Shown here one piece after another: positions 1 to 9,805 of a DNA stretch of 64,000 nucleotides. The stretch covers positions 736,001-800,000 of the forward strand of contig CAVSCK010000004.1 of the NCBI GenBank assembly GCA_963726455.1. Direction: 5' to 3'. The position numbers and the translations under genes were made by a program. The notes beneath the pieces were generated by a model that made no database searches, was not told the DNA's origin, and worked only from the letters and a program-made list of their open reading frames with translations. Origin of the DNA: an uncultured bacterium (lineage in GTDB: Bacteria > Zixibacteria > MSB-5A5 > CAIYYT01). How positions within the stretch are numbered: position 1 is the stretch's first letter; each line of letters opens with the position of its first letter.

Positions 1-190
1 AGAGATAGTCCCGCATGATCGGATAAAAAGACCTTACCAGCACGTCACCGCCGACATTGGCTGATTTGAGGTAATCGACGAAGTCCCGCAAGTCGCCTTT
101 GTATGCCCGTGCGGTGTGAGCGGAATAACGGCGGACGTCCCGCAGGTAGGTGATGTACCTGTCCACTCCCTCGGTCAGGATCTTATTCAC
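1..190 (-). CDS. xerC: Tyrosine recombinase XerC/XerD family, N-terminal part (runs off window edge)
   Basis: Manual translation from GTG at 190: MNKILTEGVDRYITYLRDVRRYSAHTARAYKGDLRDFVDYL, matching the Xer N-terminal SAM-like motif (YLxxxRxYSxHTxxAYxxDL). Directly downstream of topA, a common synteny. Confidence 0.8.
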   Translation of the reverse strand, partial: MNKILTEGVDRYITYLRDVRRYSAHTARAYKGDLRDFVDYLKSANVGGDVLVRSFYPIMRDYL

Positions 191-226
191 GAGCGGAAAT
201 TAGGAATTAGTTATTAGAAGCGCAAG

Positions 227-2479
227 TTAAACGCCGGGTGTCGGCACCGGCTCAGTCTGCTTGTGTGATTTGTGCTTGCACTCCGGACAGTAAAGATGTG
301 CGCCGTCGCGTTTGGTGTCCTTTTCAACCATGTAGGCAGAGCCGCAATTAGGGCACTTCTCTCCCACCGGTTTGTACCAGGACGCGAAATCGCACTTCGG
401 GTATTTGGAGCATCCCCAGAAAACTTTGGCGCCGCGCGTGCGTTTTTCGACGACGTCGCCGCCACAGTCGGGTTTCGGACACTTGAGGCCGATAGTCAGG
501 GATTTGGTGTTCTTGCAGTTCGGATAAGCCGAGCAAGCGATGAATTTACCGAATCTTCCCTGCTTGACGACCATCGGTGAACCGCAAAGTTCACACTTTT
601 GATCGGTCGCTACGTCTTCCTTGCCTTCCAACGGTTGGGTGTTCTTGCACTCAGGATAACCGGAGCAAGCCAAGAACCTGCCGTTGCGACCCCATTTTTC
701 GACCATCTGCTTGCCGCACTTGTCGCAAACGACATCGGACACTTTCTGCGTGGATTCTTTCAATTCCTTCTGGTTGGCGTCTACCGCTTTCAAACGTTTG
801 GCAAACGGCCCATAGAAATCTGAAAGCGCGCCGTTCCAGGTGATCTCACCTTCCTCGACGCGATCCAATTCGTCTTCCATTTGAGCGGTAAATTGCACCG
901 AAAAAATGTCGGGGAATTCCTGAACCAACAGTGTATTGACAGTCTTGCCAAGATCGGTGGGCAGCAGTCGCCGACTTTGCAGCTCGACGTACTTGCGCGT
1001 CTTGAGAGTTGTCACGATCTGCGCATATGTTGATGGCCGCCCAATTCCATTGGCTTCCAGTTCTTTCACAAGAGACGCCTCTGAGAATCGTGCCGGCGGT
1101 TTGGTGAAGTGCTGAGAGGAACTCACGTCATTCAGGCCGACTTTGTCGCCTTCGGCGAGCTTCGGCAGCGTCGCTGCTTCGCCATTTCCGTTGCCATTGC
1201 CGTTCTCTTCCGGAGTCCAGCTGTAGACAGCCAGGAATCCCTCGAAAACGACCTTCTGGCTGGTGGCGCGGAATTGATACTTCCCGCCGGTGATATCGAT
1301 GGAAAGCTGGTCGAACTCTGCCGGCGCCATTTGTGACGCCAGGAAGCGATTCCAGATCAACTCGTACAGACGGAATTGATCGCGCGTCAGCGATTTCTTG
1401 ACCTTCTCCGGAGGATAATCCAGATAGGTCGGGCGGATGGCTTCGTGCGCATCCTGTGCCGCTTTCTTGGTCTTGTAGAAATTCGGCGGATCAGGGTAAT
1501 AATCCTTGCCGTAGATATTCTCGATATAGGTCTTGGCAGCGGCGGCGGCTTCGGCAGCGATGCGGACCGAGTCGGTACGCATGTAGGTAATCAGGCCGAC
1601 CTGGCCTTCGGAAGCGATTTCGACGCCTTCATATAATGATTGCGCCACCTGCATCGTTTTGGACGACGAGAATCCCAATCGGATTGAGGCGTCCTGCTGC
1701 AAAGTTGACGTTATATAAGGAGGGAGTGCGCGGCGGGTGCGTCGTTCCGTCTGGACACTCGAAATTGCATATTTCTGGCCGAGAAGATCGGTCCTGAGGG
1801 TTTCGGCCTCAGTGGCGCCGGCGACCTTGAAATCCTGTCCGTCGACTTTAAACAGCCGCGCCTGGAAAGTTTCCTTTTTGGACGTCTCGAACGTGCCGAG
1901 GAATTTCCAGTACTCTTCGGGAACGAACGCCTGAATTTCCGCTTCGCGCTCACAAATGATTCGCAGCGCCACGGACTGCACACGTCCGGCGGACAGGCCG
2001 CGATACACGGTTCGCCACAGTACCGGGCTGACCTTGTAACCCACGATGCGGTCGAGAATACGGCGCGCCTGTTGCGCGTTTACCAAATTCTGGTCAATGT
2101 CACGGGCCTGCTTGATGCCGTCAAGCACGGCCCTTTTGGTGATTTCGTTGAATGTTGCCCGGCGAATCTCCGCGCCGCAGCCACTCAGCTTGCCTGCGAC
2201 ATGCTGCGCAATGGCTTCGCCTTCACGGTCAGGGTCTGGCGCCAGATACACGACCTTGGCTTTCTTGGCAGCATCCTTGAGATCCTTAAGTAACGGAGCT
2301 TTCCCCTTAATCACTACATATTCCGGCTGAAAGTCGTTCTCAAGGTCAATACCCAGTTTCGACTTCGGTAGGTCCATCACATGGCCGACCGTTGCCTTAA
2401 TGGTATAGTCCTTGCCCAGGAATTTTGCCAGAGTCTTCGATTTTGTCGGTGACTCAACTATGACCAGATTCTTTGCCAA
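227..2479 (-). CDS. topA: DNA topoisomerase I
   Basis: 750 aa; LVIVESP TOPRIM start, DPDREGEAI, SAGRVQS, ITYMRTDS active site, C-terminal Zn ribbons. Confidence 0.98.
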   Translation of the reverse strand: MAKNLVIVESPTKSKTLAKFLGKDYTIKATVGHVMDLPKSKLGIDLENDFQPEYVVIKGKAPLLKDLKDAAKKAKVVYLAPDPDREGEAIAQHVAGKLSGCGAEIRRATFNEITKRAVLDGIKQARDIDQNLVNAQQARRILDRIVGYKVSPVLWRTVYRGLSAGRVQSVALRIICEREAEIQAFVPEEYWKFLGTFETSKKETFQARLFKVDGQDFKVAGATEAETLRTDLLGQKYAISSVQTERRTRRALPPYITSTLQQDASIRLGFSSSKTMQVAQSLYEGVEIASEGQVGLITYMRTDSVRIAAEAAAAAKTYIENIYGKDYYPDPPNFYKTKKAAQDAHEAIRPTYLDYPPEKVKKSLTRDQFRLYELIWNRFLASQMAPAEFDQLSIDITGGKYQFRATSQKVVFEGFLAVYSWTPEENGNGNGNGEAATLPKLAEGDKVGLNDVSSSQHFTKPPARFSEASLVKELEANGIGRPSTYAQIVTTLKTRKYVELQSRRLLPTDLGKTVNTLLVQEFPDIFSVQFTAQMEDELDRVEEGEITWNGALSDFYGPFAKRLKAVDANQKELKESTQKVSDVVCDKCGKQMVEKWGRNGRFLACSGYPECKNTQPLEGKEDVATDQKCELCGSPMVVKQGRFGKFIACSAYPNCKNTKSLTIGLKCPKPDCGGDVVEKRTRGAKVFWGCSKYPKCDFASWYKPVGEKCPNCGSAYMVEKDTKRDGAHLYCPECKHKSHKQTEPVPTPGV

Positions 2480-2484
2480 TTCAA

Positions 2485-2718
2485 CTATTCCTTAAAATGA
2501 TAAGGTATCTTGCTGCTAAGTAAATCCTCAATGGCCTGCGTCGTAACTTTCCGGTAGTCAATGATAGATTCACTCTCTTCCGTCAATGCTTCCATTTGTT
2601 GCAGCCGTGTCGTGTTGATATTTCGCGCTCTCTTGGAGGCAACCAGCACTGCCTCGTAAGGATTGGAAACTATTTTTCCCAAATTGGTCAGCAACATGGT
2701 GTTCGTTCTGTCATCCAT
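2485..2718 (-). CDS. rpoZ: RNA polymerase omega subunit
   Basis: NPYEAVLVASKRAR motif and KVTTQAIEDL; follows gmk; ATG at 2718 preceded by GGAG. Confidence 0.85.
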   Translation of the reverse strand: MDDRTNTMLLTNLGKIVSNPYEAVLVASKRARNINTTRLQQMEALTEESESIIDYRKVTTQAIEDLLSSKIPYHFKE

Positions 2719-2729
2719 AAAGGTCACTC

Positions 2730-3359
2730 CTATTGAAAAGATATTGTCTTGCAACGCCCTACGTTCTGCGACTCCGCTCTGATTATATCCAAAACCAGAT
2801 TCACGGTCTCATCTAAGTCATTGTTGCAGACAACGTAGTCATATTTCGACCAAAACCTTATTTCCTTTAGCGCCCGCGCCAGCCGAGACTTTGACTCGGA
2901 AACTGACTCAGTTTTGCGGTTCACGAGCCGGCTGCGCAGTACGCTCATGCTCGGCGGCAATACAAAGACCAGTACTGAATCTTTGCGCCATTTCTTAATC
3001 GACATGCCGCCTTGCACATCTATGTCAAAGAGCACCAGCCGGTTTTGCCTCACTAAGGCAAGCACCCGTTTCTTGGGTGTGCCATACCAGTGGTCAAAAA
3101 CCCTGGCCGTCTCTATAAACTCTCCCCGATTGGATTTGTTCCGGAACTGTTCCGTCGACAGAAAATAGTAGTCCTTGCCTTCTTTCTCGCCTCGCCGCCT
3201 GGGCCTGGTCGTTGCGGATATAGAGACGCAGAATCGGCGATCTCGTTTTAGTAATTCCCGCACAATTGTGGATTTTCCTGTGCCGGAAGGGCCCGACAGA
3301 ACCACCAGCAGCGGTTTCTGGGCATTAATCTGCTTTGCCGGGGATCGCCTTTGCGTCAT
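2730..3359 (-). CDS. gmk: Guanylate kinase
   Basis: SGPSGTGKST P-loop, SATTRPRR, DYYF, YGTP, DIDVQG. Confidence 0.97.
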   Translation of the reverse strand: MTQRRSPAKQINAQKPLLVVLSGPSGTGKSTIVRELLKRDRRFCVSISATTRPRRRGEKEGKDYYFLSTEQFRNKSNRGEFIETARVFDHWYGTPKKRVLALVRQNRLVLFDIDVQGGMSIKKWRKDSVLVFVLPPSMSVLRSRLVNRKTESVSESKSRLARALKEIRFWSKYDYVVCNNDLDETVNLVLDIIRAESQNVGRCKTISFQ

Positions 3360-4252
3360 TCGATGTTCTGTACTTGCTCTCGGAGCTTTTCGATTTCCTC
3401 ACGAATATTGATAACCTGTGACGAAATCTCGTAGACAATTGATTTGGACCCGATGGTATTAGCTTCGCGATTCATTTCCTGCAAGATGAAATTGAGCCGC
3501 TTGCCGGTATCGCCCGGCGCCTTGATCGCCGCTATGAACGCCTCACAATGGCTGCGGAGCCGCACGCACTCTTCGGTCACATCAGACTTGTCAGCCAGCA
3601 GGGTAATCTCTATATCGAGACGCAGCTTGCGCTCTTCGGAATCCCCCAGCCGTTGACCTTCCGGCAGCAATTCCTCTATCAGTTCGGACAGCCGCTGGCG
3701 ATATCGTTCCAATGACTTGGCCCGGCCGTTCTCGATTGTCTCCAGCGCCTTCTCGACCAGGCGTACGCGCTGAACCATATCCTTGGCGAGCGCATTGCCC
3801 TCGCGCTGCCGCATCATATTCATGCTGGCGATGGCTTTCTTCACGCCCAAGATCAGCTTGTTTACTTCCGAACGCGAAATCGACTGTGCCGGAGTAGCGC
3901 TGAAAAGCTCAGGCAGGCCGGTAAAATTGGAGATACTGATGTCGCCTGCGAGTTTGAATTTCGCCTTGAGGTCTTTGAACATCTTGTAGTAAAGTTTGGC
4001 CGCCGGCTCATTCAGGATGAGCATCTGCGGGGTGATATTGCCATCCTCGATCGCGACCGTGACCGACAGCTTCCCCCGCGACACAAGCTTGCCGATCGCC
4101 TCGCGTACCTCGTTTTCGTACTCCGCGAAGACTTTCGGGAGCCGCAGCGAGACTTCCAGATAGCGATTGTTTACGGAAGTGACCTCGACAGTCACCTTTT
4201 TGGAGCGGATAGTTGTCTCGGCTTTACCGTAGCCGGTCATACTTGAAATCAT
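3356..4252 (-). CDS. yicC: YicC/YloC family endoribonuclease
   Basis: SMTGYG start, SVNNRYLE, GKRLNFILQEMNREANTIGSK, EKLREQVQNIE end. Confidence 0.95.
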   Translation of the reverse strand: MISSMTGYGKAETTIRSKKVTVEVTSVNNRYLEVSLRLPKVFAEYENEVREAIGKLVSRGKLSVTVAIEDGNITPQMLILNEPAAKLYYKMFKDLKAKFKLAGDISISNFTGLPELFSATPAQSISRSEVNKLILGVKKAIASMNMMRQREGNALAKDMVQRVRLVEKALETIENGRAKSLERYRQRLSELIEELLPEGQRLGDSEERKLRLDIEITLLADKSDVTEECVRLRSHCEAFIAAIKAPGDTGKRLNFILQEMNREANTIGSKSIVYEISSQVINIREEIEKLREQVQNIE

Positions 4253-4327
4253 TAACCCTCACTCAGCCAAATCGATCATTAAAGTAGCAGGCGCGGTCAT
4301 TTGTCAACGAAAAAAAGTCGACGGTTG

Positions 4328-4356
4328 TTGACATGGGTCGTACAACAGTCTACTTT
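4328..4356 (+). promoter_or_regulatory. Sigma70-type promoter of rqcH
   Basis: TTGACA-17 nt-TACTTT, 11 nt upstream of the ATG at 4368. Confidence 0.55.
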
Positions 4357-4367
4357 GGACCACAGTT

Positions 4368-5888
4368 ATGTTACCTAAGAACTCAGTCGTAACCGGTTAT
4401 CTGGCATTGGAATATCATTCCCTATTGGACGGTGCATTTCTCGTTCGGGTGGAGCACCAGAAAGAAGGCAAGATTTTTCGCTTTTCGTTCAAGGCCAATG
4501 ACAAATATCGACTGGAATTCTCTTTTGCCCCGCCGTCGTTCCTTTTGCAGGGTGGCTGGACGAAACGGGACGACGCCTTCGAAATCTGGCAGGAATGCTC
4601 CGGTACCATCGTGACCAGGGTCTCGCCTGTCGCTGGAAACCGGGCTATGATTGTAGAGATTCGCAAGGATACTGAGGGCGCTCTAGTTCGCAATTTCAAG
4701 ATCGTTTTTGAGATGTTCGGTGCACAGGCAAATGCATTTCTGCTCGACGAATCGGACACAATTCTACATGCGCTCCGGGTCGTCAAGAACGACCGACGTC
4801 TCAAGCCCGGCGCAAAGTATGTGACCTCAGACACCGTGGGTAAGACTGAAGAGTCGGGTGTAGTTGATATCGCTACCGTCGGCGCGACCAAATATCTACT
4901 GGAATTCGACAGCCGCCATCACAAGGTCGTGACTGAGCCGCCCAGCAAACTGGAACTGGATCGGAAGACACCCCTGGTCTCCCTATTCCAGTCACTCCAT
5001 GAAGCGCAATCGCAGCAGCTTGAGCTCGGACAAGCCAGAGCATCGGCGCTCGGCTCCCTAAAGCAGGAGATCAAGAAGCACGAGCGAACGCTGGCGCAAC
5101 TTAACCAGGATTTGGAACAGTGCCGCGAAGCCGAACAACTCAAGCAATGGGGTGATCTTCTGATGGCAAATCTTGACGCCAAGCCGGAGAAAGAGCATTT
5201 GCGCCTGGCCGATTTCTACCATGGCGACAAGATGATTAAGGTTCCGCTGGTCGCCGGAAAAACGGTTTTGACATCTGCCGCCACATATTATAAGCGCGCC
5301 AAACGGCTGCAGCGCATGCCGGAGATAATCAAACCACGAATTGCGAAGATCGAGCAGACGGTGGCGCGTTTGTTGCGGCAATCAGAGCTGATCAAGCAGG
5401 CCGCGGATCTCGATCAGCTAAGAAAGCTCGCAGCAATCCATCCAGTTCAGAGCCATTCAAAATCCTCTGACAAGACCGGGGTGTCCGAGACATCCACTTC
5501 TTATCGAACATTCTATTCGTCGAGTGACGAGAAGATTCTCGTGGGCAAATCCGCTGCCGGAAATGATGTGCTCACCTTCAAGGTTGCGCGCACCTATGAC
5601 TGGTGGTTTCACGCACAGCAGGCGGCGGGGTCTCACGTTGTCCTTGTTGTGAACGACAAAAACCGCGCACCGTCAAAGAAGTCTGTCACCGAGGCCGCTC
5701 AATTGGCCGCCTACTACTCTGACATGAAGAAATCTCATCATGTGCCGGTCATGTATGCCGAACGGCGTTATGTGCGCAAAGCCAAAGGCGGTGCTCCGGG
5801 AAAAGTTGTACTTCCGCAGTTCAAGTCGATATTTGTCAGTCCCCAATTGCCACCCACAGTCTCTGAAGATAAAGTTGACTTGCGTTGA
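4368..5888 (+). CDS. rqcH: NFACT/FbpA family ribosome quality control protein (RqcH-like)
   Basis: Coiled coil followed by NFACT-R motifs VGKSAAGND, WFHAQQAAGSHVV, EAAQLAAYYS, VRKAKGGAPGKV. Confidence 0.85.
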   Translation: MLPKNSVVTGYLALEYHSLLDGAFLVRVEHQKEGKIFRFSFKANDKYRLEFSFAPPSFLLQGGWTKRDDAFEIWQECSGTIVTRVSPVAGNRAMIVEIRKDTEGALVRNFKIVFEMFGAQANAFLLDESDTILHALRVVKNDRRLKPGAKYVTSDTVGKTEESGVVDIATVGATKYLLEFDSRHHKVVTEPPSKLELDRKTPLVSLFQSLHEAQSQQLELGQARASALGSLKQEIKKHERTLAQLNQDLEQCREAEQLKQWGDLLMANLDAKPEKEHLRLADFYHGDKMIKVPLVAGKTVLTSAATYYKRAKRLQRMPEIIKPRIAKIEQTVARLLRQSELIKQAADLDQLRKLAAIHPVQSHSKSSDKTGVSETSTSYRTFYSSSDEKILVGKSAAGNDVLTFKVARTYDWWFHAQQAAGSHVVLVVNDKNRAPSKKSVTEAAQLAAYYSDMKKSHHVPVMYAERRYVRKAKGGAPGKVVLPQFKSIFVSPQLPPTVSEDKVDLR

Positions 5889-5901
5889 CTAACGCGGCAT
5901 C

Positions 5902-6243
5902 TTGCCGAACATGAGACCATACCAGACATTCGCCCTGATCACTCTCATTGTCGCTGCTGCTGTATTCATACACTTGCGGAACATCCGAACCGACCCGCGC
6001 GCAGAGAAGCTCGCGAATGCCTATGTCGAGCTGGCAGTGCTGCACCAACTTTCCGACACCACTACATTCATTTATGACGCCAAACGGGATTCGATATTGG
6101 CGAAAATGGGCCTCGACGAAAAGTCATTCCTCGGCCTGGAGGATGAACTCAAACAAGAACCGGCGAGGTTGATTGAAGTCTGGGATCTGGTCGAGAAGAA
6201 ACTGAAGGCGCGCAAGGAGTCGCTGGATATCATCAAGCAGTGA
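5902..6243 (+). CDS. Small membrane-anchored protein (DUF4296-like)
   Basis: N-terminal TM segment then YVELAVL...RDSILAKMGLDEKSF helical pattern. Confidence 0.55.
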   Translation: MPNMRPYQTFALITLIVAAAVFIHLRNIRTDPRAEKLANAYVELAVLHQLSDTTTFIYDAKRDSILAKMGLDEKSFLGLEDELKQEPARLIEVWDLVEKKLKARKESLDIIKQ

Positions 6244-6604
6244 AGGCGGCTTGGCGATGTTCAATCTCGCATTCTCCCCCACGCTCGCGCACAACGATCA
6301 CGTCAAATCTATATGACTTGTATGACACGATAGACTCCTGGATGAATGCTTCCGCAACCTTGATAATGGCTTCGCGTTTGCGTTCATCGACACGGTAGAC
6401 GGGATCGCCGAATGCCGCCGACTTGCCACCTTTCACCTCGACGAATACCAGTTCGCCATCAGTCGAGCAGATGATGTCGATTTCGTTGCGTTCACGCCGG
6501 AAATTGGTGGCGACAATCTCGTAGCCGGCATTGCGCAAGTATGCTGCGGCATGCTGTTCGTACTTTCTGCCCCGCCGAACGCGATTGACAGGATTAGTCG
6601 GCAA
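6233..6604 (-). CDS. yraN: YraN family endonuclease-fold protein
   Basis: G..YE..AA.YL, EIDII, LVFVEVK, RFDVI; downstream of rnhB. Confidence 0.9.
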   Translation of the reverse strand: MPTNPVNRVRRGRKYEQHAAAYLRNAGYEIVATNFRRERNEIDIICSTDGELVFVEVKGGKSAAFGDPVYRVDERKREAIIKVAEAFIQESIVSYKSYRFDVIVVRERGGECEIEHRQAAFTA

Positions 6605-7220
6605 AGTGCAGTTCCTGCTGTTCGGGGAGCAGTGTGAAACTCTTGCGGTGAATCCCCAGAACGCCGAATTGCTCGATCATGCGGCGATGCTCAGGTGTCG
6701 GATAACCTTTATGGCGGTCGAAACCGTACTGGGGAAATTGTCGGTGATATTCCAGCATCAGCCGATCACGAGTGACCTTGGCGATTATCGATGCACAGGC
6801 AATCGACAGGACCTTGCCATCGCCACCGATGATGCACTGCTGTGGTATAGACAATTCGGGGATCGTCTGATTGCCGTCCACAAGTACGAAGTCCGGAGCT
6901 GTCGGCAGTTGCGCGATGGCTGCACGCATGGCCGCGAACGTTGCCTGTAAGATGTTGATGCGGTCGATTTCGTCAGACTCGATTGCCGCGGCTCCATAGC
7001 AGCGACACTCGCGCACGATTCGTTCGAACGCATTCTCGCGCTGATTCGCCGAAAGCTTCTTGGAATCGTCGACACCGGCCGGATCAAATTTATCGGGGAG
7101 TATGACGGCAGCGGCAACCACCGGCCCGGCGAGAGGTCCGCGCCCGGCTTCATCGACGCCGCAGACGATCGAGTGTCCCTGTCGGCGCAGCTTTGATTCT
7201 ATTTGTGACCAATGCGGCAT
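6594..7220 (-). CDS. rnhB: Ribonuclease HII
   Basis: GVDEAGRGPLAGPVVAAAV, DSKKL, DGN, ASIIAKVTRD, HKGYPT. Confidence 0.97.
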   Translation of the reverse strand: MPHWSQIESKLRRQGHSIVCGVDEAGRGPLAGPVVAAAVILPDKFDPAGVDDSKKLSANQRENAFERIVRECRCYGAAAIESDEIDRINILQATFAAMRAAIAQLPTAPDFVLVDGNQTIPELSIPQQCIIGGDGKVLSIACASIIAKVTRDRLMLEYHRQFPQYGFDRHKGYPTPEHRRMIEQFGVLGIHRKSFTLLPEQQELHFAD

Positions 7221-7340
7221 GGGAGAAAGAAGGTTCGATTAGTACATGGGGTCAACAAGAACTTGTCTGGCTGTTGCTGCCACCCGCCGTCAGGAACCCT
7301 AAGGTTGACGCAAGAGTTCATCTGGTTCAATTCTGGCCGG

Positions 7341-7502
7341 GCGTCGGTTCACAATTTCGCGCTGACGGATCAATAATACCGGCGATTTGCGAACGGGCCG
7401 CGCGAAATCAGGAACCGACGCAACAGCCACTCTCCCGGACGAACGTCCGGGGCACACGTCCGGATACGGGGGCTTGTCATTCCCACGAAAGTGGGAATCC
7501 AG
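7341..7502. repeat. Cluster of REP-like palindromes
   Basis: 22-bp imperfect inverted repeat 7341-7362/7400-7421; hairpin CCCGGACG-AA-CGTCCGGG about 7434-7451; GTCATTCCCACGAAAGTGGGAATCCAG at 7476-7502. Confidence 0.7.
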
Positions 7503-7593
7503 GCCGATTCGCGCTCTAATGAAGAAGCAGAATCATAACTGCACGATACTCTCTCGCCCGCGGACTTCAACGTGACAAACAGGAATGTTTATC

Positions 7594-8538
7594 CTACCGA
7601 ATCAACTTGCGGCTGCGGTAGAGCTCGATCGTGTCGGCGATGCCTTTTTCGTACAGGGTAGGAGTGACTTTGAACTGCTGCTCGAATTTGGTGGAATCGA
7701 AAATATACTCATACTCGTTCTGATAGAGCATCTCCCGAAGCTCTTTCACGATCGGATCAAAGATGCCGCCCAGAGTAAGCATGAATTTGTTTAGCACCTG
7801 GAAATCGGGGCGTGTTCCCAACTTCTGCGCGACAATCTCGATGAATTCCCTGCCTGTCAGCGGCGGGTGTGCTGTCGGAAGATGCCAGACCTGGCCGTAG
7901 GCGGAGTCTGTCGTTGCCAGTAGGTAAAGCGCTTTGCCACAATCTCCAGTATACGTGAACGAGTGCGCAACCTCGGCATTGGCCATCCATCTCGCCTTCT
8001 TGCCTGCTGCCAATCTCTCAATGACCAAAAGGAATGGGACGCTGGTCTTGTCGGCGTGCGGGCCGTAGAAGTCAGCCGAGCGCGCGATCATCCCCTTTAC
8101 TCTGCCACTGTTAATCGCAGTCATCAGGCATGCAGCTATTTGCGCCCTCACCTCTCCCTTCTTGCTGCACGGATTTGTGGGGGTGGTCTCGGTCATAGGT
8201 CCATCGACCTTGCCGTAGAGGTACACATTATCGAAGAATATCAGCCGCGCGCCTTTTGCTTCGCAAGCATCAACGACGTTTTTCATGATGACCGGCCACT
8301 GTTGCCGCCAGACGGATATATTGTAAGGAAGCCCGGCGAGAAGATAAACAACTGATCCGCCTTCGATCGTGTCAGCAACTTGTTTGGCATTCGTCATATC
8401 GGCGGCGACCGACTCCGCGCCCTCGTGATCTCTTCCCGATCTGGACACCAGCTTGACCTTCTCACCGCGCGCAATCAACTCGTCTGTGAGAACGTCTCCG
8501 ATCGCTCCGCCCGCGCCAAGGATTATGTGCTTCGACAT
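7594..8538 (-). CDS. NAD-dependent epimerase/dehydratase family protein
   Basis: ILGAGGAIG Rossmann motif, DNVYLYG, SKKGEVRA, ARSADFYGP. Confidence 0.9.
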   Translation of the reverse strand: MSKHIILGAGGAIGDVLTDELIARGEKVKLVSRSGRDHEGAESVAADMTNAKQVADTIEGGSVVYLLAGLPYNISVWRQQWPVIMKNVVDACEAKGARLIFFDNVYLYGKVDGPMTETTPTNPCSKKGEVRAQIAACLMTAINSGRVKGMIARSADFYGPHADKTSVPFLLVIERLAAGKKARWMANAEVAHSFTYTGDCGKALYLLATTDSAYGQVWHLPTAHPPLTGREFIEIVAQKLGTRPDFQVLNKFMLTLGGIFDPIVKELREMLYQNEYEYIFDSTKFEQQFKVTPTLYEKGIADTIELYRSRKLIR

Positions 8539-8605
8539 TGCCTCTTAATTCCCTTTCTGAATTCTTCAGACTAACTTGCTATGTTACGCCACACTATAAA
8601 ACAAT

Positions 8606-8634
8606 ACGCCGTCAGGAAGGGTTCCTGACGGCGT
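8606..8634 (-). terminator. Hairpin downstream of rplS
   Basis: Perfect 13-bp stem ACGCCGTCAGGAA/TTCCTGACGGCGT followed by T-rich sequence on the minus strand. Confidence 0.6.
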
Positions 8635-8672
8635 TCACAACTATCTCAGAAGAATTGCGAATAAATTCGCAG

Positions 8673-9032
8673 CTAATCTTCTTTGAGTTCTTTCTTCTTC
8701 TCGTCGATACGGGCGGACTTGCCGGCACGTTCGCGCAGGTAATTCAATTTAGCGCGGTGGACCTTGCCTTCACGCACTCTTTCGATCTTGGCGATGTTCG
8801 GCGAATGCACGGGGTAGATCTTTTCGACGGCAATCCCCGCGGACATCTTGCGTACCGTGAAAGTTGCTCCGGTGCCGCTGCCGCGTTTGCCGATAACTAC
8901 GCCCTGAAATACCTGAATACGGGTCTTGTCGCCTTCCTCAATTGTCTGGTGAACGGCGATTGTATCACCGGGAGAGAAACTAAGTTTCTGCTCCTTGAGA
9001 TATTTCTCTTCGAATTTGTCAAGCTGATTCAT
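8673..9032 (-). CDS. rplS: 50S ribosomal protein L19
   Basis: [37 protein letters not shown]. Confidence 0.98.
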   Translation of the reverse strand: MNQLDKFEEKYLKEQKLSFSPGDTIAVHQTIEEGDKTRIQVFQGVVIGKRGSGTGATFTVRKMSAGIAVEKIYPVHSPNIAKIERVREGKVHRAKLNYLRERAGKSARIDEKKKELKED

Positions 9033-9041
9033 TGTATCCTC

Positions 9042-9797
9042 CTAAAAGCAATTATCAAATTCATGTCCGGCTGCGATATTCTGCAGCATCGATCTATCTT
9101 CATCCGTAAGTTCGGCATGCCGAAGCAAATCAGGCCTATTGTTCATTGTCTTTTGCAGTGCCGCCCAGCGACGATATTGCTGTTGCCGCGCGTGGTTGCC
9201 CTCAACCAACACCGGCGGTACGGCGGCGCCTTTAAATTCGGCCGGGCGAGTGTAGACCGGTACGCCCAGAATATCCTCGCTGAAGGAATCACTCAAAGCT
9301 GATTCGATCTTACTGATCGCGCCCGGAATGAGGCGGAACACTGATTCCAGAATCACCAAAGCCGCGGTCTCGCCGCCATTTATTATGTAATCTCCTATCG
9401 AGACTTCCTCGATGTTGAAGAAATTATGAATGCGATCATCGACGCCCTTGTAACGTCCGCAGATAATCGCGAGATGATCAAGCAGTGAATATTCGGTCGC
9501 CATACCCTGACTGAATTTCTTGCCGGAGGCGGACGTCAACAGGATGCGAGCGTTATCCTGAGCGCTTCTACCGAGTACCTGCGTAAGGCAGTCGTAAAGC
9601 GGCTCGACTTTCATTACCATGCCGGCGCCACCGCCGAACGGTGTGTCATCGACGGATTTGTGCTTATCATGGGTGTAGTCACGAATATCGACCAACTCGA
9701 TTTCGATGGTTTTGGAATCAATCGCTTTTTTGAGCAGCGACTGTTCCAGCGGCGAAGCAAAGAACTCCGGAAATATGGTCAGAATCGTGATCTTCAT
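9042..9797 (-). CDS. trmD: tRNA (guanine37-N1)-methyltransferase
   Basis: ILTIFPE, VDDTPFGGGAGMVMK, ICGRYKGVD, SIGDYIINGGE, YTRP. Confidence 0.97.
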   Translation of the reverse strand: MKITILTIFPEFFASPLEQSLLKKAIDSKTIEIELVDIRDYTHDKHKSVDDTPFGGGAGMVMKVEPLYDCLTQVLGRSAQDNARILLTSASGKKFSQGMATEYSLLDHLAIICGRYKGVDDRIHNFFNIEEVSIGDYIINGGETAALVILESVFRLIPGAISKIESALSDSFSEDILGVPVYTRPAEFKGAAVPPVLVEGNHARQQQYRRWAALQKTMNNRPDLLRHAELTDEDRSMLQNIAAGHEFDNCF

Positions 9798-9805
9798 AAA
9801 CTCGG

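Noticed and set aside
1-190. Tyrosine recombinase as a mobile-element integrase
   Set aside because: Position after topA and the motif fit chromosomal XerC; no att sites or cargo are adjacent.
1183-1210. ENGNGNGNGE low-complexity run in TopA as a phase-variable repeat
   Set aside because: In frame with mixed codons; reads as an ordinary flexible loop.
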